Positions 20,269 to 30,573 of a DNA stretch of 64,000 nucleotides are shown in pieces. Location: positions 65,475-129,474 of the forward strand of contig JBBRLX010000007.1 in assembly GCA_038231135.1 (NCBI GenBank), read 5' to 3'. The stretch is from Candidatus Eiseniibacteriota bacterium. GTDB taxonomy: Bacteria; Eisenbacteria; RBG-16-71-46. The first letter of the stretch is position 1, and the number at the start of each line of letters is the position of its first letter. A program made the position numbers and the translations under genes. The notes below the pieces were generated by a model. The model worked only from the letters and a program-made list of their open reading frames with translations. It was not told where the DNA came from and ran no database searches.

Positions 20269-20707
20269 CGGGATGGGCAGCCGGCGGGGGCGTCTTGCCA
20301 CCGCCGCTCGACGGATCGCCGTTATTGGAGTTGCGGCTCACGCTCAAACCCCCGACGATCACCGCCAGCGCGACGCCGCCGCCGATGAGCCCGGTGCGGT
20401 ACCAGTCGAGGCCGCGACCCTCGAGGTGGTCGACGTCGTCGAGCGCCATGCGGACCGTGGCGAATTCGTCGACCGCCCCCTCCACGTCGCGCCGCCGGTA
20501 GCCGAGCAGCGAGTCGCCCTGGACCTTGGCCACATCGAACTCGTAGACCAGTCCATCGTGTGTGACCACGCGCACATCCTTGCGCTCGGGCTGCGCCCCG
20601 AACTCGGACCTCGGTATCTCGCGCAGCGACGTACACCCCGAACCCGACAACCACAGCGCGGACACGACGAACCACACGGTCCGGGAACCGATCCTCGACA
20701 AGGGCAC
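20261..20707 (-). CDS. Putative exported protein or lipoprotein
   Basis: The product has an N-terminal signal sequence (MPLSRIGSRTVWFVVSALWLSGSGC) with a Cys at a lipobox-like position, and a C-terminal hydrophobic segment followed by a Gly/Pro-rich tail. Confidence 0.5.
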   Translation of the reverse strand: MPLSRIGSRTVWFVVSALWLSGSGCTSLREIPRSEFGAQPERKDVRVVTHDGLVYEFDVAKVQGDSLLGYRRRDVEGAVDEFATVRMALDDVDHLEGRGLDWYRTGLIGGGVALAVIVGGLSVSRNSNNGDPSSGGGKTPPPAAHPAR

Positions 20708-20808
20708 ACTCCTCCACCGGTCACGTTCGTTCAGGCACTTACCCGCCCGGCTCGAACCAGCATATCAGAGGGAGCGGCCCGGCGCCGTCACGGGACACGA
20801 AGGGCCCG

Positions 20809-21144
20809 TCAGCCCCAGTAGAGGATGCGCCCGCACGACTCGCACAGCGTGAGCGCGCCGGACGGATTCGTGACCGAGGTGGGCAGCCGGATATGGCAGC
20901 CCTGGCAGGACCGCTCCTTGACCGGGCACACGCCACGGCCATAGCGACCGCGCGCTCGTTCGTACAGGTAGCGCCAGCGCCGGTCGACCCCCAGCAGCGC
21001 CCGCTCCCGCTCGCGCGTCACCGCGGCCCGCGGCTCGATCGCGAGACCCAGCCGCCGCAGCCGCGGCGCCGTGCCCGGATCGGCGAGTTCGTCCTCCAGC
21101 AGGTGGAGGTCGTGCAGCCGCAGCAGGTCCAGGCCCTCGCTCAC
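20809..21144 (-). CDS. Short C4-type zinc-ribbon domain protein
   Basis: The C-terminus is a CxxC...CxxC zinc ribbon (CPVKERSCQGCHIRLPTSVTNPSGALTLCESCGRILYW). The GTG start at 21144 overlaps the ptsN-like TGA stop (GTGA). The upstream part of track ORF 20809..21456 is Arg-rich run-on. Confidence 0.6.
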   Translation of the reverse strand: MSEGLDLLRLHDLHLLEDELADPGTAPRLRRLGLAIEPRAAVTRERERALLGVDRRWRYLYERARGRYGRGVCPVKERSCQGCHIRLPTSVTNPSGALTLCESCGRILYWG

Positions 21145-21608
21145 GCGTCGAACTCGCGCAGCAGCGCGGCCATGGCCGGCGCGTCCCTGGCCTCGAGCAG
21201 CTTCTGGCGCTGCTTCTGGAGCCGCACGAACGCGATCGCGCGGCCGATGAACTCGTGGTGCGCCTCGATCGTGTGATCGGCGGGCGACAGCACCAGCACC
21301 ACGAGCTGGACGGCGATGCCGTCCGCGGCCTTCCAGTCGATGCCGCGCGGCGAACGCGCGATGACGAGGCGGGGGTCGATCACCGCGATCGAGCGGGCGT
21401 TGGGCACCGCCACACCCTTCCCGACGGCGGTCGCGCCGAGACGCTCGCGCAGGCACAACGTGTGATGGAGCAGCGCGGGATCCCGGACCGCCCCCGCGAG
21501 ATGCGCGCGGGCGGCCAGCTCCTCCAACACCGTGTCTCTCTTGCGCGGGCTCAGGTCAGGGATGCAGAGCGAGAGGTCGTGAACCGAAGCGCCGATCGAA
21601 ATGGTCAT
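21141..21608 (-). CDS. PTS EIIA type-2 (PtsN / EIIA-Ntr-like) protein whose phospho-His is replaced by Asn
   Basis: The product aligns to E. coli PtsN across REKMGSTGIGNGIAIPHGK and RERLGATAVGKGVAVPNAR and onward to the LVPAD region. The ATG at 21608 (MTISIGAS) was verified. Confidence 0.8.
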   Translation of the reverse strand: MTISIGASVHDLSLCIPDLSPRKRDTVLEELAARAHLAGAVRDPALLHHTLCLRERLGATAVGKGVAVPNARSIAVIDPRLVIARSPRGIDWKAADGIAVQLVVLVLSPADHTIEAHHEFIGRAIAFVRLQKQRQKLLEARDAPAMAALLREFDA

Positions 21609-21633
21609 CGGACGTTCCCCCGAAGGGGTCACC

Positions 21634-22224
21634 CTAGCAGACCGGCACTCCGCGTTCCACGGATTCCGGCGGCGTGCGCACACCACGATGCGAGGTCCAC
21701 CACGCGGCGACGTATCGCGCCAGGATCAGCCCGACGGCCGCGCCCACCACCACGTCCGAGAACCAGTGGCGGTCGAGATAGATGCGGGAACCCGCCATGC
21801 AAACGGCAAGTATCCACATCGGCACCGCGAACCGGCGGGAGCGCCGCGCGAGCACCGCGGCGATCGCGAACACGTTGGCGGAGTGGCTCGACGGATAGGA
21901 CGCGTTGCTGCGCTTGTGGTCGCCGTCGGGCCGGGTGCGGAACGTCAGCCGCTTCACGGCCTCCACCACGGCGTTCACCGGCAGCAGCGTGGCGACACTG
22001 AGCTGGGCGGTTTCGACCCCGGCCGGTCCGCCGAACACGCAGAACGCCAGCAGCACGCCCAGCGTCACGTCCGGACGCCCGAGGCGGTTCGACAGCAGCT
22101 GCGCCGGCCCTTCGAGCCACGGCTGGCGTGCGTGCTGGACTGCGTCGCGCACCGGCACGTCGAGCCATCCCGCGGCGGGGCCGAGCGCCGCGAGCCCCAG
22201 CAGCAGCAGCAGCGTCCGGATCAC
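21634..22224 (-). CDS. PAP2-family (type 2 phosphatidic acid phosphatase) membrane phosphatase
   Basis: The product has the PAP2 motifs KRLTFRTRPDG, SYPSSHSANVFA and SRIYLDRHWFSDVV. The GTG start at 22224 overlaps the batD TGA stop (GTGA). Confidence 0.8.
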   Translation of the reverse strand: MIRTLLLLLGLAALGPAAGWLDVPVRDAVQHARQPWLEGPAQLLSNRLGRPDVTLGVLLAFCVFGGPAGVETAQLSVATLLPVNAVVEAVKRLTFRTRPDGDHKRSNASYPSSHSANVFAIAAVLARRSRRFAVPMWILAVCMAGSRIYLDRHWFSDVVVGAAVGLILARYVAAWWTSHRGVRTPPESVERGVPVC

Positions 22225-24560
22225 AGCGATGCCACGCGCCGCAGCACATCGGGCGGCAGCCAGCCCTCGACCCCGGGGCCGACCCACACCTGCTCGCGGC
22301 CGCCGCGCGCCCCGCGGTCGCGGACCACGCGCCCGGGCTCGAGGTCGATGTCGCTGCCGCCGAGCCGCACTTCGCGCATCACCACCGCCTCGTTGCGGCC
22401 GGCGACGAGCGCATCGCGCACCGGCACCGCGGCGGCGCATGCCAGCAGCAGCACGGCGCACACGGCGGCGGCGGCGCGCCGCAGCCACAGCCAGCCGCCC
22501 GCGAGACCCGCGGCCAGCGCCAGCATCACCCACTCCACGCGCCGCACGGGCACGGCCGGCGGCGTGGCGCCCGCGAGCCCGCCGGCCTCGCGCACGCGCT
22601 GCTTCACCCATTCCAGCACCGGGTCGCGGGCGTCGTCGCGCTCGCCGCGCAGCACCCACAGCGATGCCGCCGCCACGTCCTCGTCCTCGAGCCGGCACCA
22701 CGCGAGCCGGGCCGCGAGCCCGGGACTGCGCACACCCTGGTGCCACAACTCGCGCCACCCGCGCTCGGCGCCGGCGAGGTCCGAGGCCCGCGCGCGCTGG
22801 GCCGCCGCGGCGGCCGCCGGGCGCAACGCCAGGGCGCGAAGGTCCGCACCCGGCCAGCCGCCGGGCAGCGCCCACACCGCGCACCCGGCGGCCACGATCG
22901 CCAGCGCGGCGCCGGCCGCGGGCCTCAGCCATGCCGGCGGCGCTGAGCCGCCGGGAGCGGTCGCCAGCGCCTGGAGCAGCTTCACCCGCACCGGCTCGGG
23001 ATTCACGCGCGCCCCGCCATACCGCGCCGCAGCGACCTCGGCGCGGAGCCCGGCCACATCGGTGCCGCGCGCCGCGAGCCATTCGCACGCGCGATCCGCC
23101 GCCAGCCACAGCGAATCGCCGGTGGCCGCGCGCAGCGCCGCCACGAGCCGGTCGACCGCGTCGCGGTCCTGGGCCCCGCTCCGCCGCTCGGCCGGGCGCA
23201 ACAGCATGATCGCCCAGGCCAGGCACGCGCCGGCCACGGCCGCCCGCCACGGCTCGGCCGGGCGCGCGCCGGGGTCGAGCGGGTGCTCGTCGAACACCTC
23301 GGGCCGCATCGCCGACGACTGCGCCGCATTCGGCGCCGCGGCCGCGGTGACCTCGACCGTCAGCGGCGCCAGCTCCGCCACGCGATAGCCACCCGTCCGG
23401 GGATCGAACCATGCGAACGGGGGCGGTACCAGCGTCAGCGTGCCCACCGAACGCGGCAGCACCGTCCAGCGGAACGACCGCCGGCCCGGCGCGACGGTGC
23501 CCGGCGCGCCGAGGCTGTCGTCGACGGTGCTGCCGAACACCTCGAAGCCGGGCGGCTGGAACTCCGGAGTCTTGATGAGCGGCAGATTGCCGGACCCGCG
23601 CACGTCGAGGCGCACCGTGACCGGCTGATCCTGCGGCGTGCGGGCACGATCCACGCTGAAGCGCTGAACCAGCGTGCCGACGGCACCGCCGAATCCCGCG
23701 GGCGCACTGGCCGGCAGCGGCCGCACGTGGACCGCGACCGGCGGGCTCTGGATTTCGAGCTGGCGCCGCGAGCTGCCGCCGAACCAGCCGAACGGATCGA
23801 ACGGCGTGCCGCCCGCCTCCACCACGAGCATCGCCGACGCCGCGCCCACCGTCTGGTTGCCTGCGGCGAGCGGATAGAGCCGCGTGCGCGTCTCGGTGAC
23901 GAGCACCCGTGCGCCGCTCTGGACGCCGTAGTACGACTCGGGCTCGCTGGGCCGCTCCGCCCAGAACCCGGGCGTGGGCGGCGGCGAATAGCGTGGGTCC
24001 TCGGCGAGCGGCGTCCGCTGCACCAGCCGCACCCGCAGCAACGCGGGCTGGCCGACCCACGGATCCCTGGGGTTGACCTCCACGAGCAACGCCGCCGGCG
24101 CATTGGCTCCGCGCGCCGTCTCGGGCATGACGTTCGGCTGCCCGCCGCCTGCGCCCGGCCCCGGCGCCTGGCCCGCGAGTGCCGTGATCGTGAACGCCGG
24201 ACACAGGTACGCCTGATCGCCCACGCGCACCTGGATCGGGCCCACCGTATAGGTGCCGGCCACGTGCGGGACCAGTTCGTAGCGAAACGCCACCTCGCTC
24301 GAACTCTTGCCGTTGACCCAGGAGAAACTCTGCGAACGCCCGCTCGACGTGACGTCGAGGTTGGCGGGCGGCTCGAACGCCGGTTCCGCGACGCCGCCCC
24401 CCGCGCCGTGCACCGTCACCTCGAGCGTGGCCGACTCGCCGAGCGGCACGGTGTGGCGCGACACCTGCGCCTCGACCGTGACCTGCGCCGCGGCCGGGTG
24501 CGCGAGAAACACGACGCCGAGGCTCGCCGCCGCGAGCATGGCGACGAGCGTGCGGCGCAC
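22221..24560 (-). CDS. batD: BatD-family aerotolerance protein, with a signal peptide, a BatD domain and a long TM-containing C-terminal extension
   Basis: The signal peptide is RRTLVAMLAAASLGVVFLAHPAAAQ, and the gene sits in the last position of a moxR-DUF58-batA-batB gene order. The start is taken at GTG 24560, with an alternative ATG at 24539. The ~240 aa of track ORF 22221..25283 upstream of that start are run-on. Confidence 0.65.
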   Translation of the reverse strand: MRRTLVAMLAAASLGVVFLAHPAAAQVTVEAQVSRHTVPLGESATLEVTVHGAGGGVAEPAFEPPANLDVTSSGRSQSFSWVNGKSSSEVAFRYELVPHVAGTYTVGPIQVRVGDQAYLCPAFTITALAGQAPGPGAGGGQPNVMPETARGANAPAALLVEVNPRDPWVGQPALLRVRLVQRTPLAEDPRYSPPPTPGFWAERPSEPESYYGVQSGARVLVTETRTRLYPLAAGNQTVGAASAMLVVEAGGTPFDPFGWFGGSSRRQLEIQSPPVAVHVRPLPASAPAGFGGAVGTLVQRFSVDRARTPQDQPVTVRLDVRGSGNLPLIKTPEFQPPGFEVFGSTVDDSLGAPGTVAPGRRSFRWTVLPRSVGTLTLVPPPFAWFDPRTGGYRVAELAPLTVEVTAAAAPNAAQSSAMRPEVFDEHPLDPGARPAEPWRAAVAGACLAWAIMLLRPAERRSGAQDRDAVDRLVAALRAATGDSLWLAADRACEWLAARGTDVAGLRAEVAAARYGGARVNPEPVRVKLLQALATAPGGSAPPAWLRPAAGAALAIVAAGCAVWALPGGWPGADLRALALRPAAAAAAQRARASDLAGAERGWRELWHQGVRSPGLAARLAWCRLEDEDVAAASLWVLRGERDDARDPVLEWVKQRVREAGGLAGATPPAVPVRRVEWVMLALAAGLAGGWLWLRRAAAAVCAVLLLACAAAVPVRDALVAGRNEAVVMREVRLGGSDIDLEPGRVVRDRGARGGREQVWVGPGVEGWLPPDVLRRVASL

Positions 24561-24660
24561 GTGCGCGCGCGTGCGGCGCGGCGGCAGCTGAGACGACGCC
24601 ACGCGCGGCGTCGTGGGCGCGCGCGTCGTGCGCGGGCGGGTGCCCGTCACCCGCAGGGCC

Positions 24661-26448
24661 TCACCAGTCACGGCCACGGCGTTCCTTGAGCACGCGTACC
24701 TTGTGCTGGCGCTGCTGATCCATGCGCTGCATCTCCTGCAGCGCGTCGAGGATCTGTTCGGCCTGCGCGCGTCCCATGCCCTGGCGCGGCTGCGGCGCGC
24801 CCTCTGGCTGGGGCTCAGGACTCGGCGCGGGCGCCTGGCCGGGATTCGACTGCGGACTGGGCTGCGGGTTCTGCTGCGGTTGCGACGGCGAGGTCTGTGA
24901 CGGCGACGGCTGCGGCTGCGGGTTCTTCCGGGGCTGCTGCGATTGTGACTGCTCCCGCCGGCGCGCCAGCACTTCATAGTTCCAGCGCGCGTCGGCGTCC
25001 TCGGGATTGCGCTCGAGCGTGCGGCGCAGCGCACCCAGGGCGGGCTCGTATTGCTTCGCGTCGCCGAGCAGCGTGCCCAGGTTGTAGCCGGCCTCGTGAC
25101 CGGTGCGGTCCCCGCTCTGGGACAGGGTTTCCAGCTCGTGAATGCCCTCGGGTCCGTGGCCCGCGAGCGCGCGCGCCGTGGCGCGATTGACCCGCACGCC
25201 GGCGGGCGCATGCGGATCCTTGAGGCGCAGCGTATACAGCGACTCCGCCGCGGCGTAGCGGCCGGCCCGGAACGCCTGGTCACCGCGCGCCCACGCGCTC
25301 TGCGCCCGGACGTCGCGCGGCGCCAGCGCGGTCGCGGCCAGCGCGAGCGCCAGCAGCACCGCCGCCGCCGTCCGGCGGCGCTCGCCGCGGCCGCGCGCGC
25401 GCCGCACCGGAGTGCGGGCCGCGGACGCGGCGGCGAGCGGCGCCGCAGCCGCGCGGCGGCGCCCCGCGCGCGTGCGCTCGATCATGAGCAGCAGCGCGGC
25501 CAGCAGCGCGCACAGCGGGAACCGCCCGATCGGTCGCTCGATCAGCCGGTTGCCGCGCCCCGACTGCGCCACCGCGCCGAGCGACGCCAGCAGGCGCGGC
25601 AGCTCGCCGCCCGGACGCGACGCGGCGAAGTAGCCGCCGCGCGACCGTCGCCCGATCTGGCGCAGCAGGTTCTCGTCGAGCCGGCTGCGCACCGCGCTGC
25701 CGTTCTCGTCGCGCTTGATGTCGACGGCGCGCCCCTGGTCGTCCGTGACCGGCACCACGTCGCCGGCCGGCGTGCCGACGCCGACCGCGAACACCCGCAC
25801 GCCGCTGCCGACCACCTGGTCGAGCGCGCCCGTCGCGCCCTGCTCCAGGTCCTCGCCGTCCGTCCACAGCACGATGACCTGCTCCTCCCGATGCCCGGGC
25901 GGCAGCATCTTGAGCGCGGTGCGCAACCCCTTGCCGAGATCCGTGCCCGGTTCCGCGATCGTGAGGCTCGTGAGTCCTTCGATCGTGAGCCGCGCCGCGG
26001 CGCGGTCCAGCGTGAGCGGGCACAGCCGCACCGCCTCGCCGGCGAACCCGACGACCCCCACGCGGCTGCCGCCCAGCCGGTCGACGACGGCGAGCGCCTC
26101 GCGGCGGGCCTCGTCGATGCGGCTCGGCGGCACGTCGCGCGCGTCCATGCTCGCCGACACGTCCACCACCAGCACCACGTCCGAGCCCGTGGAGCCGCGG
26201 CGCACGGCCTCGCGGCCCCATTCGGGACGCGCCGCGCCGAGGATGAGGAACGCGAGCGCCACGAGCCGCAGCGTCGCGCCGATCGCGCGCTGGCCCGGAC
26301 GCAGCTGCCCGAGCAGCGCGTGCTCCGGACGCCCGCCGACGAGCCGCGCGAGCGCCGCCGCCGCGCGGCGCGCGGCGAACGCCTCGAGCAGCGCCACCAC
26401 CGGCAACGCCAGCAGCGCCATCAGCCAGCGCGGGTCGGCGAATGTCAC
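24661..26448 (-). CDS. batB: BatB-BatC fusion: a VWA domain with TM helices joined to a TPR repeat protein with a Pro/Gln/Ser-rich tail
   Basis: The N-terminus is BatA/BatB-like (VTFADPRWLMALLALPVVALL), followed by a VWA MIDAS motif (VVLVVDVSASM), a TM helix, a second signal/TM segment (TAAAVLLALALAATALA), TPR repeats and a PQ-rich low-complexity C-terminus. There is no stop codon between the BatB-like and BatC-like parts. The GTG start at 26448 has GGAGG 7 nt upstream. Confidence 0.7.
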   Translation of the reverse strand: MTFADPRWLMALLALPVVALLEAFAARRAAAALARLVGGRPEHALLGQLRPGQRAIGATLRLVALAFLILGAARPEWGREAVRRGSTGSDVVLVVDVSASMDARDVPPSRIDEARREALAVVDRLGGSRVGVVGFAGEAVRLCPLTLDRAAARLTIEGLTSLTIAEPGTDLGKGLRTALKMLPPGHREEQVIVLWTDGEDLEQGATGALDQVVGSGVRVFAVGVGTPAGDVVPVTDDQGRAVDIKRDENGSAVRSRLDENLLRQIGRRSRGGYFAASRPGGELPRLLASLGAVAQSGRGNRLIERPIGRFPLCALLAALLLMIERTRAGRRRAAAAPLAAASAARTPVRRARGRGERRRTAAAVLLALALAATALAPRDVRAQSAWARGDQAFRAGRYAAAESLYTLRLKDPHAPAGVRVNRATARALAGHGPEGIHELETLSQSGDRTGHEAGYNLGTLLGDAKQYEPALGALRRTLERNPEDADARWNYEVLARRREQSQSQQPRKNPQPQPSPSQTSPSQPQQNPQPSPQSNPGQAPAPSPEPQPEGAPQPRQGMGRAQAEQILDALQEMQRMDQQRQHKVRVLKERRGRDW

Positions 26449-26479
26449 GGACGGCCTCCGTCGGGATGCGGGACGCGGA

Positions 26480-27454
26480 TCATGGCAGCCGGAACGCGAA
26501 CGTGGTGCTGCCGAGCGCATAGGCGCCCATCAGGATCGCGGCGGCGCCGAGCAGCGCCGGACCCAGGTCGAAGTACTCCTTGTACTCGATCGACCGGATC
26601 GGCGCCCGCTCCAGCCGGTCGATCTGGGCATAGATGTCCGACAGCGCCGCGGGATCGGTGGCGCGGAAGAACTGGCCGCCGGTGCGCCGCGCGATGTCGC
26701 GCAGCGAACCCTCGTCGACGTCCATGCGCACCATCTCGGTGCGCCGGCCGAGCATGGGATCGTCGACCGGCACCGGGACCACGCCGCCGCGGCCCGCCAG
26801 CACGGTGTACACCTTCACCCCCATCGCCTTCGCGAGGTCCGCGGCGGTGAGCGGATCCACCGCGCCCCGATTGCTCTGGCCGTCCGTCAGCAGGATCACG
26901 ATCTTGCTCGGAGTGCGGCTCTCACGCAGCCCGGCGACCGCCGTCGCGAGCCCCATGCCAACGGCCGTGCCGTCCTCGGCCAGCCCGAAATCGAGGTTCT
27001 GCAGCAACTCCTCGAGCGCGTCATGGTCGAGCGTCAGCGGGCACTGGCTGAACGCGGTGCCCGCGAACCCGACGAGTCCGATGCGGTCGTGCTGGCGCTG
27101 GCGGATGAAATCCCGTGCGGTCTGCTTCGCGATAATCAGCCGGTTCGACGGCTGGAAATCCTCGGCGGCCATGCTCGGCGAGATGTCGATCGCGAGCATG
27201 ATGTCGACGCCCTGGGTCTCGACCTCGCTCTGGCGCAGCCCCTGCTGCGGCCGCGCCGCCGCGAGCAGCGCCAGCGTCATCGCGGCCCACGGCAGCAGGT
27301 CGAGCCCGCGCACCACCAGGCCCGCCAGTCCGCCCCGGATGCCGTCGGTGCGCACCCACAGCACCGAGGCGCGGCCGCCCTGCCGCCGTCCCCACAGCGC
27401 GGCGACCGGCACCAGCAGCAGCAGCGGCAGCAGCCACGGCATCTCCCAGCGCAT
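26480..27454 (-). CDS. batA: BatA: a VWA-domain aerotolerance protein with N- and C-terminal TM helices
   Basis: The product starts MRWEMPWLLPLLLLVPVAALW, has a VWA MIDAS motif (IMLAIDISPSM) and a C-terminal TM helix. The ATG start is at 27454 by track frame arithmetic. Confidence 0.8.
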   Translation of the reverse strand: MRWEMPWLLPLLLLVPVAALWGRRQGGRASVLWVRTDGIRGGLAGLVVRGLDLLPWAAMTLALLAAARPQQGLRQSEVETQGVDIMLAIDISPSMAAEDFQPSNRLIIAKQTARDFIRQRQHDRIGLVGFAGTAFSQCPLTLDHDALEELLQNLDFGLAEDGTAVGMGLATAVAGLRESRTPSKIVILLTDGQSNRGAVDPLTAADLAKAMGVKVYTVLAGRGGVVPVPVDDPMLGRRTEMVRMDVDEGSLRDIARRTGGQFFRATDPAALSDIYAQIDRLERAPIRSIEYKEYFDLGPALLGAAAILMGAYALGSTTFAFRLP

Positions 27455-28467
27455 CACGCCGCCCTTCCGACCGGCGACTCGGCCAGTTGCCGCACCAGCC
27501 GCTCGACCGCGGCTTCGGCGCGGACCGCCTCGTCCGGCGTGGAACGGCCGCGCGCGAACTTGATCCGGTCCCACATCCGCAGCAACCCGCCCAGCACCTC
27601 GAGCTCCGCCGGGGCGAGGCGGCTGGCGCCGAGTGCCCCGAGCAGCTCCGGGGTGGTGTGGCCGGGCCGCGGCACGTGCGTCACCGCCTCGAGGTAGCGG
27701 CGCAGGATGCGCGTCAGCTCGAACGCGTGCACGTCGAACTCGCCGTGGGCCGGCAGCTGCCGCGCGCGCAGCACCGCGAGCTCCGCCAGCGCGCGCGCGG
27801 CCGGGTCGAGCACGATCTCGGCGGGCGCCGTCGCGGGAACACGCCGTCGCGCGCGCAGCCAGCGCACCAGCCCCACGATGGCCAGCAGCACCGCGAGGCC
27901 GAGCAGCACCCAGCGCCACGGCACCCGTTCGTACCACGGCGCGGCGATCGGTCCGCGCGCCGGCTTGAGCTCGGCGTTGCTGTCGGCCGCTGCGAGCACC
28001 GGCACCACCATCAGCGTCACGCCCGGCAGCCGGCGGATGGCGCCGCTGCGGCTCTGGAACCTGAGGCCCGGCAGCGTCACGGCGCCGAGCCGGAACGACT
28101 GCAGCGGTAGTTCGACGAACAGCGTCTCGCCGGCGCCGCGCGTCGCGGGCGCACGCCACGCCCGCGGCGCGCCCCAGGTCAGCAGCGAGTCCGGTTCGGG
28201 CGGCAGCCATTGCACCCCGGATGCGGCGCCCGGATACATCGCCATGCCGCGATAGAGCACGCGGTCCCCGAGCCGGGTTCGAGCCGGCGCCGCGGCGCTG
28301 CGCACCCGCACCGGGACCGGATCCATGAGGGACGTCTGCCCGCGCACGGCGCCGGCCACCAGCAGCGTCGCGAACCCCAGCAGCGGGAGCACACGCACGC
28401 AGCGGACGAGGCGGTCGCGCCCGGCGCGCGCCCCGCCCGGCCCTGCGTCCGGCGCGGGGACCGTCAT
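27454..28467 (-). CDS. Hypothetical membrane protein of the MoxR/Bat operon
   Basis: The ORF is 337 aa with an N-terminal signal/TM segment and an internal TM helix (WRWVLLGLAVLLAIVGLVRWL). It lies between DUF58 and batA, as in described bat loci. Its ATG overlaps the DUF58 stop (ATGA). Confidence 0.6.
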   Translation of the reverse strand: MTVPAPDAGPGGARAGRDRLVRCVRVLPLLGFATLLVAGAVRGQTSLMDPVPVRVRSAAAPARTRLGDRVLYRGMAMYPGAASGVQWLPPEPDSLLTWGAPRAWRAPATRGAGETLFVELPLQSFRLGAVTLPGLRFQSRSGAIRRLPGVTLMVVPVLAAADSNAELKPARGPIAAPWYERVPWRWVLLGLAVLLAIVGLVRWLRARRRVPATAPAEIVLDPAARALAELAVLRARQLPAHGEFDVHAFELTRILRRYLEAVTHVPRPGHTTPELLGALGASRLAPAELEVLGGLLRMWDRIKFARGRSTPDEAVRAEAAVERLVRQLAESPVGRAA

Positions 28468-29344
28468 CGCGCGCCCCGCCGGCCGCGCGCCGAGAAATAC
28501 CGGATCAGCACCGGCAGGTACGACCGATCGGTGCGGATCTCGATCACCGGACAGCGCGCCTCGGCCAGCGCCTGCTCGGTGCGCGCGCGCCGGGCGCGCG
28601 CCTCGCGCTGATACCGGTCCCGCACGCCGCGGCTCGAGGTGTTCACCAGCCGCCGCACGCCGGTCTCGAGATCCTCGAGCTCGACCCAGCCCACCGCCGG
28701 CAGCGCCTCGTCGCGCGGATCGCGCAGCGCGACGGCGGTCAGCTCGTGCCGGCGTCCGAGCACCCGCAGGCTGCGGCCGTCGAGCGGATCCTCGAAGTCC
28801 GAGATCCAGAACACCAGGCTGCGGCGGTGCGTGGTGCGCAGCAGGAACGTCGCGGCTTCGGACAGCCGCGTGTCGCCGGGCGGCGGCGCGATGCCGAGCA
28901 CGTCGCGCAGCATCCGCAGCAGGTGCGTGCGGCCGCGCCCGGGCGGCACGAAGTGCTCGACCTCGTGCCCCACCAGCACCAGTCCCACGCGGTCGTTGTT
29001 GCTGATCGCCGCGAACCCGAGGATCGCGCACAGCTCGGCCGCCAGCTCGCGCTTCTCGGCGCCGGCGGTGCCGAACCGCATCGAGCGCGACACGTCGACG
29101 ACCAGCATCACCGTGAGCTCGCGCTCCTCGACGAACCGCTTGACGTACGGCTGGCCGAGGCGGGCCGTGACGTTCCAGTCGATGTCGCGCACCTCGTCGC
29201 CGGGTACGTAGGCGCGAACCTCCTCGAACTCGATGCCGCGGCCCTTGAACACACTCACCGAGCGGCCGGCGAACAGGTCCTCGACCAGGTGCCGGCTGCG
29301 GATTTCGAGCCGCCGCACCTTGCGCAGCAGTTCCGAGGTCTGCA

Positions 29345-29345
<1 letters not shown>
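28464..29345 (-). CDS. DUF58-domain protein (MoxR-associated VWA-like protein)
   Basis: The product matches the DUF58 family across LEIRSRHLVEDLFAGRSVSVFKGRGIEFEEVRAYVPGDEVRDIDW. Its start is coupled to the moxR stop (TGATG). Confidence 0.85.
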
Positions 29346-30334
<989 letters not shown>

Positions 30335-30573
30335 CGCGATCTCCCCTGATGAGATACGAAGCGCCACCGGACCGGCCGGAGGCGCAAGGGGGCGCAGTAT
30401 AACCAGTTCGGGTGACGTGTCCCATCAACGGAACGTCAAGATCGAGACCCCGGTTCACGAACGCGGCCCCTCCCGCGTTGGATGCGGCGACGGCGGGAGC
30501 CGTGGACGGCCCCATCGCAGTCGTCAGGCGGCGCCGCCCGGGTCAGCCAGCGACCGTGGTTCCCATCCCACCG

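Noticed and set aside
24661-26520. The possibility that the missing stop between the BatB-like and BatC-like parts means a frameshifted pseudogene
   Set aside because: The reading frame is continuous, and both halves keep intact motifs (MIDAS, TM helices, TPR). I treat it as a genuine fusion, but flag it for read-level verification.
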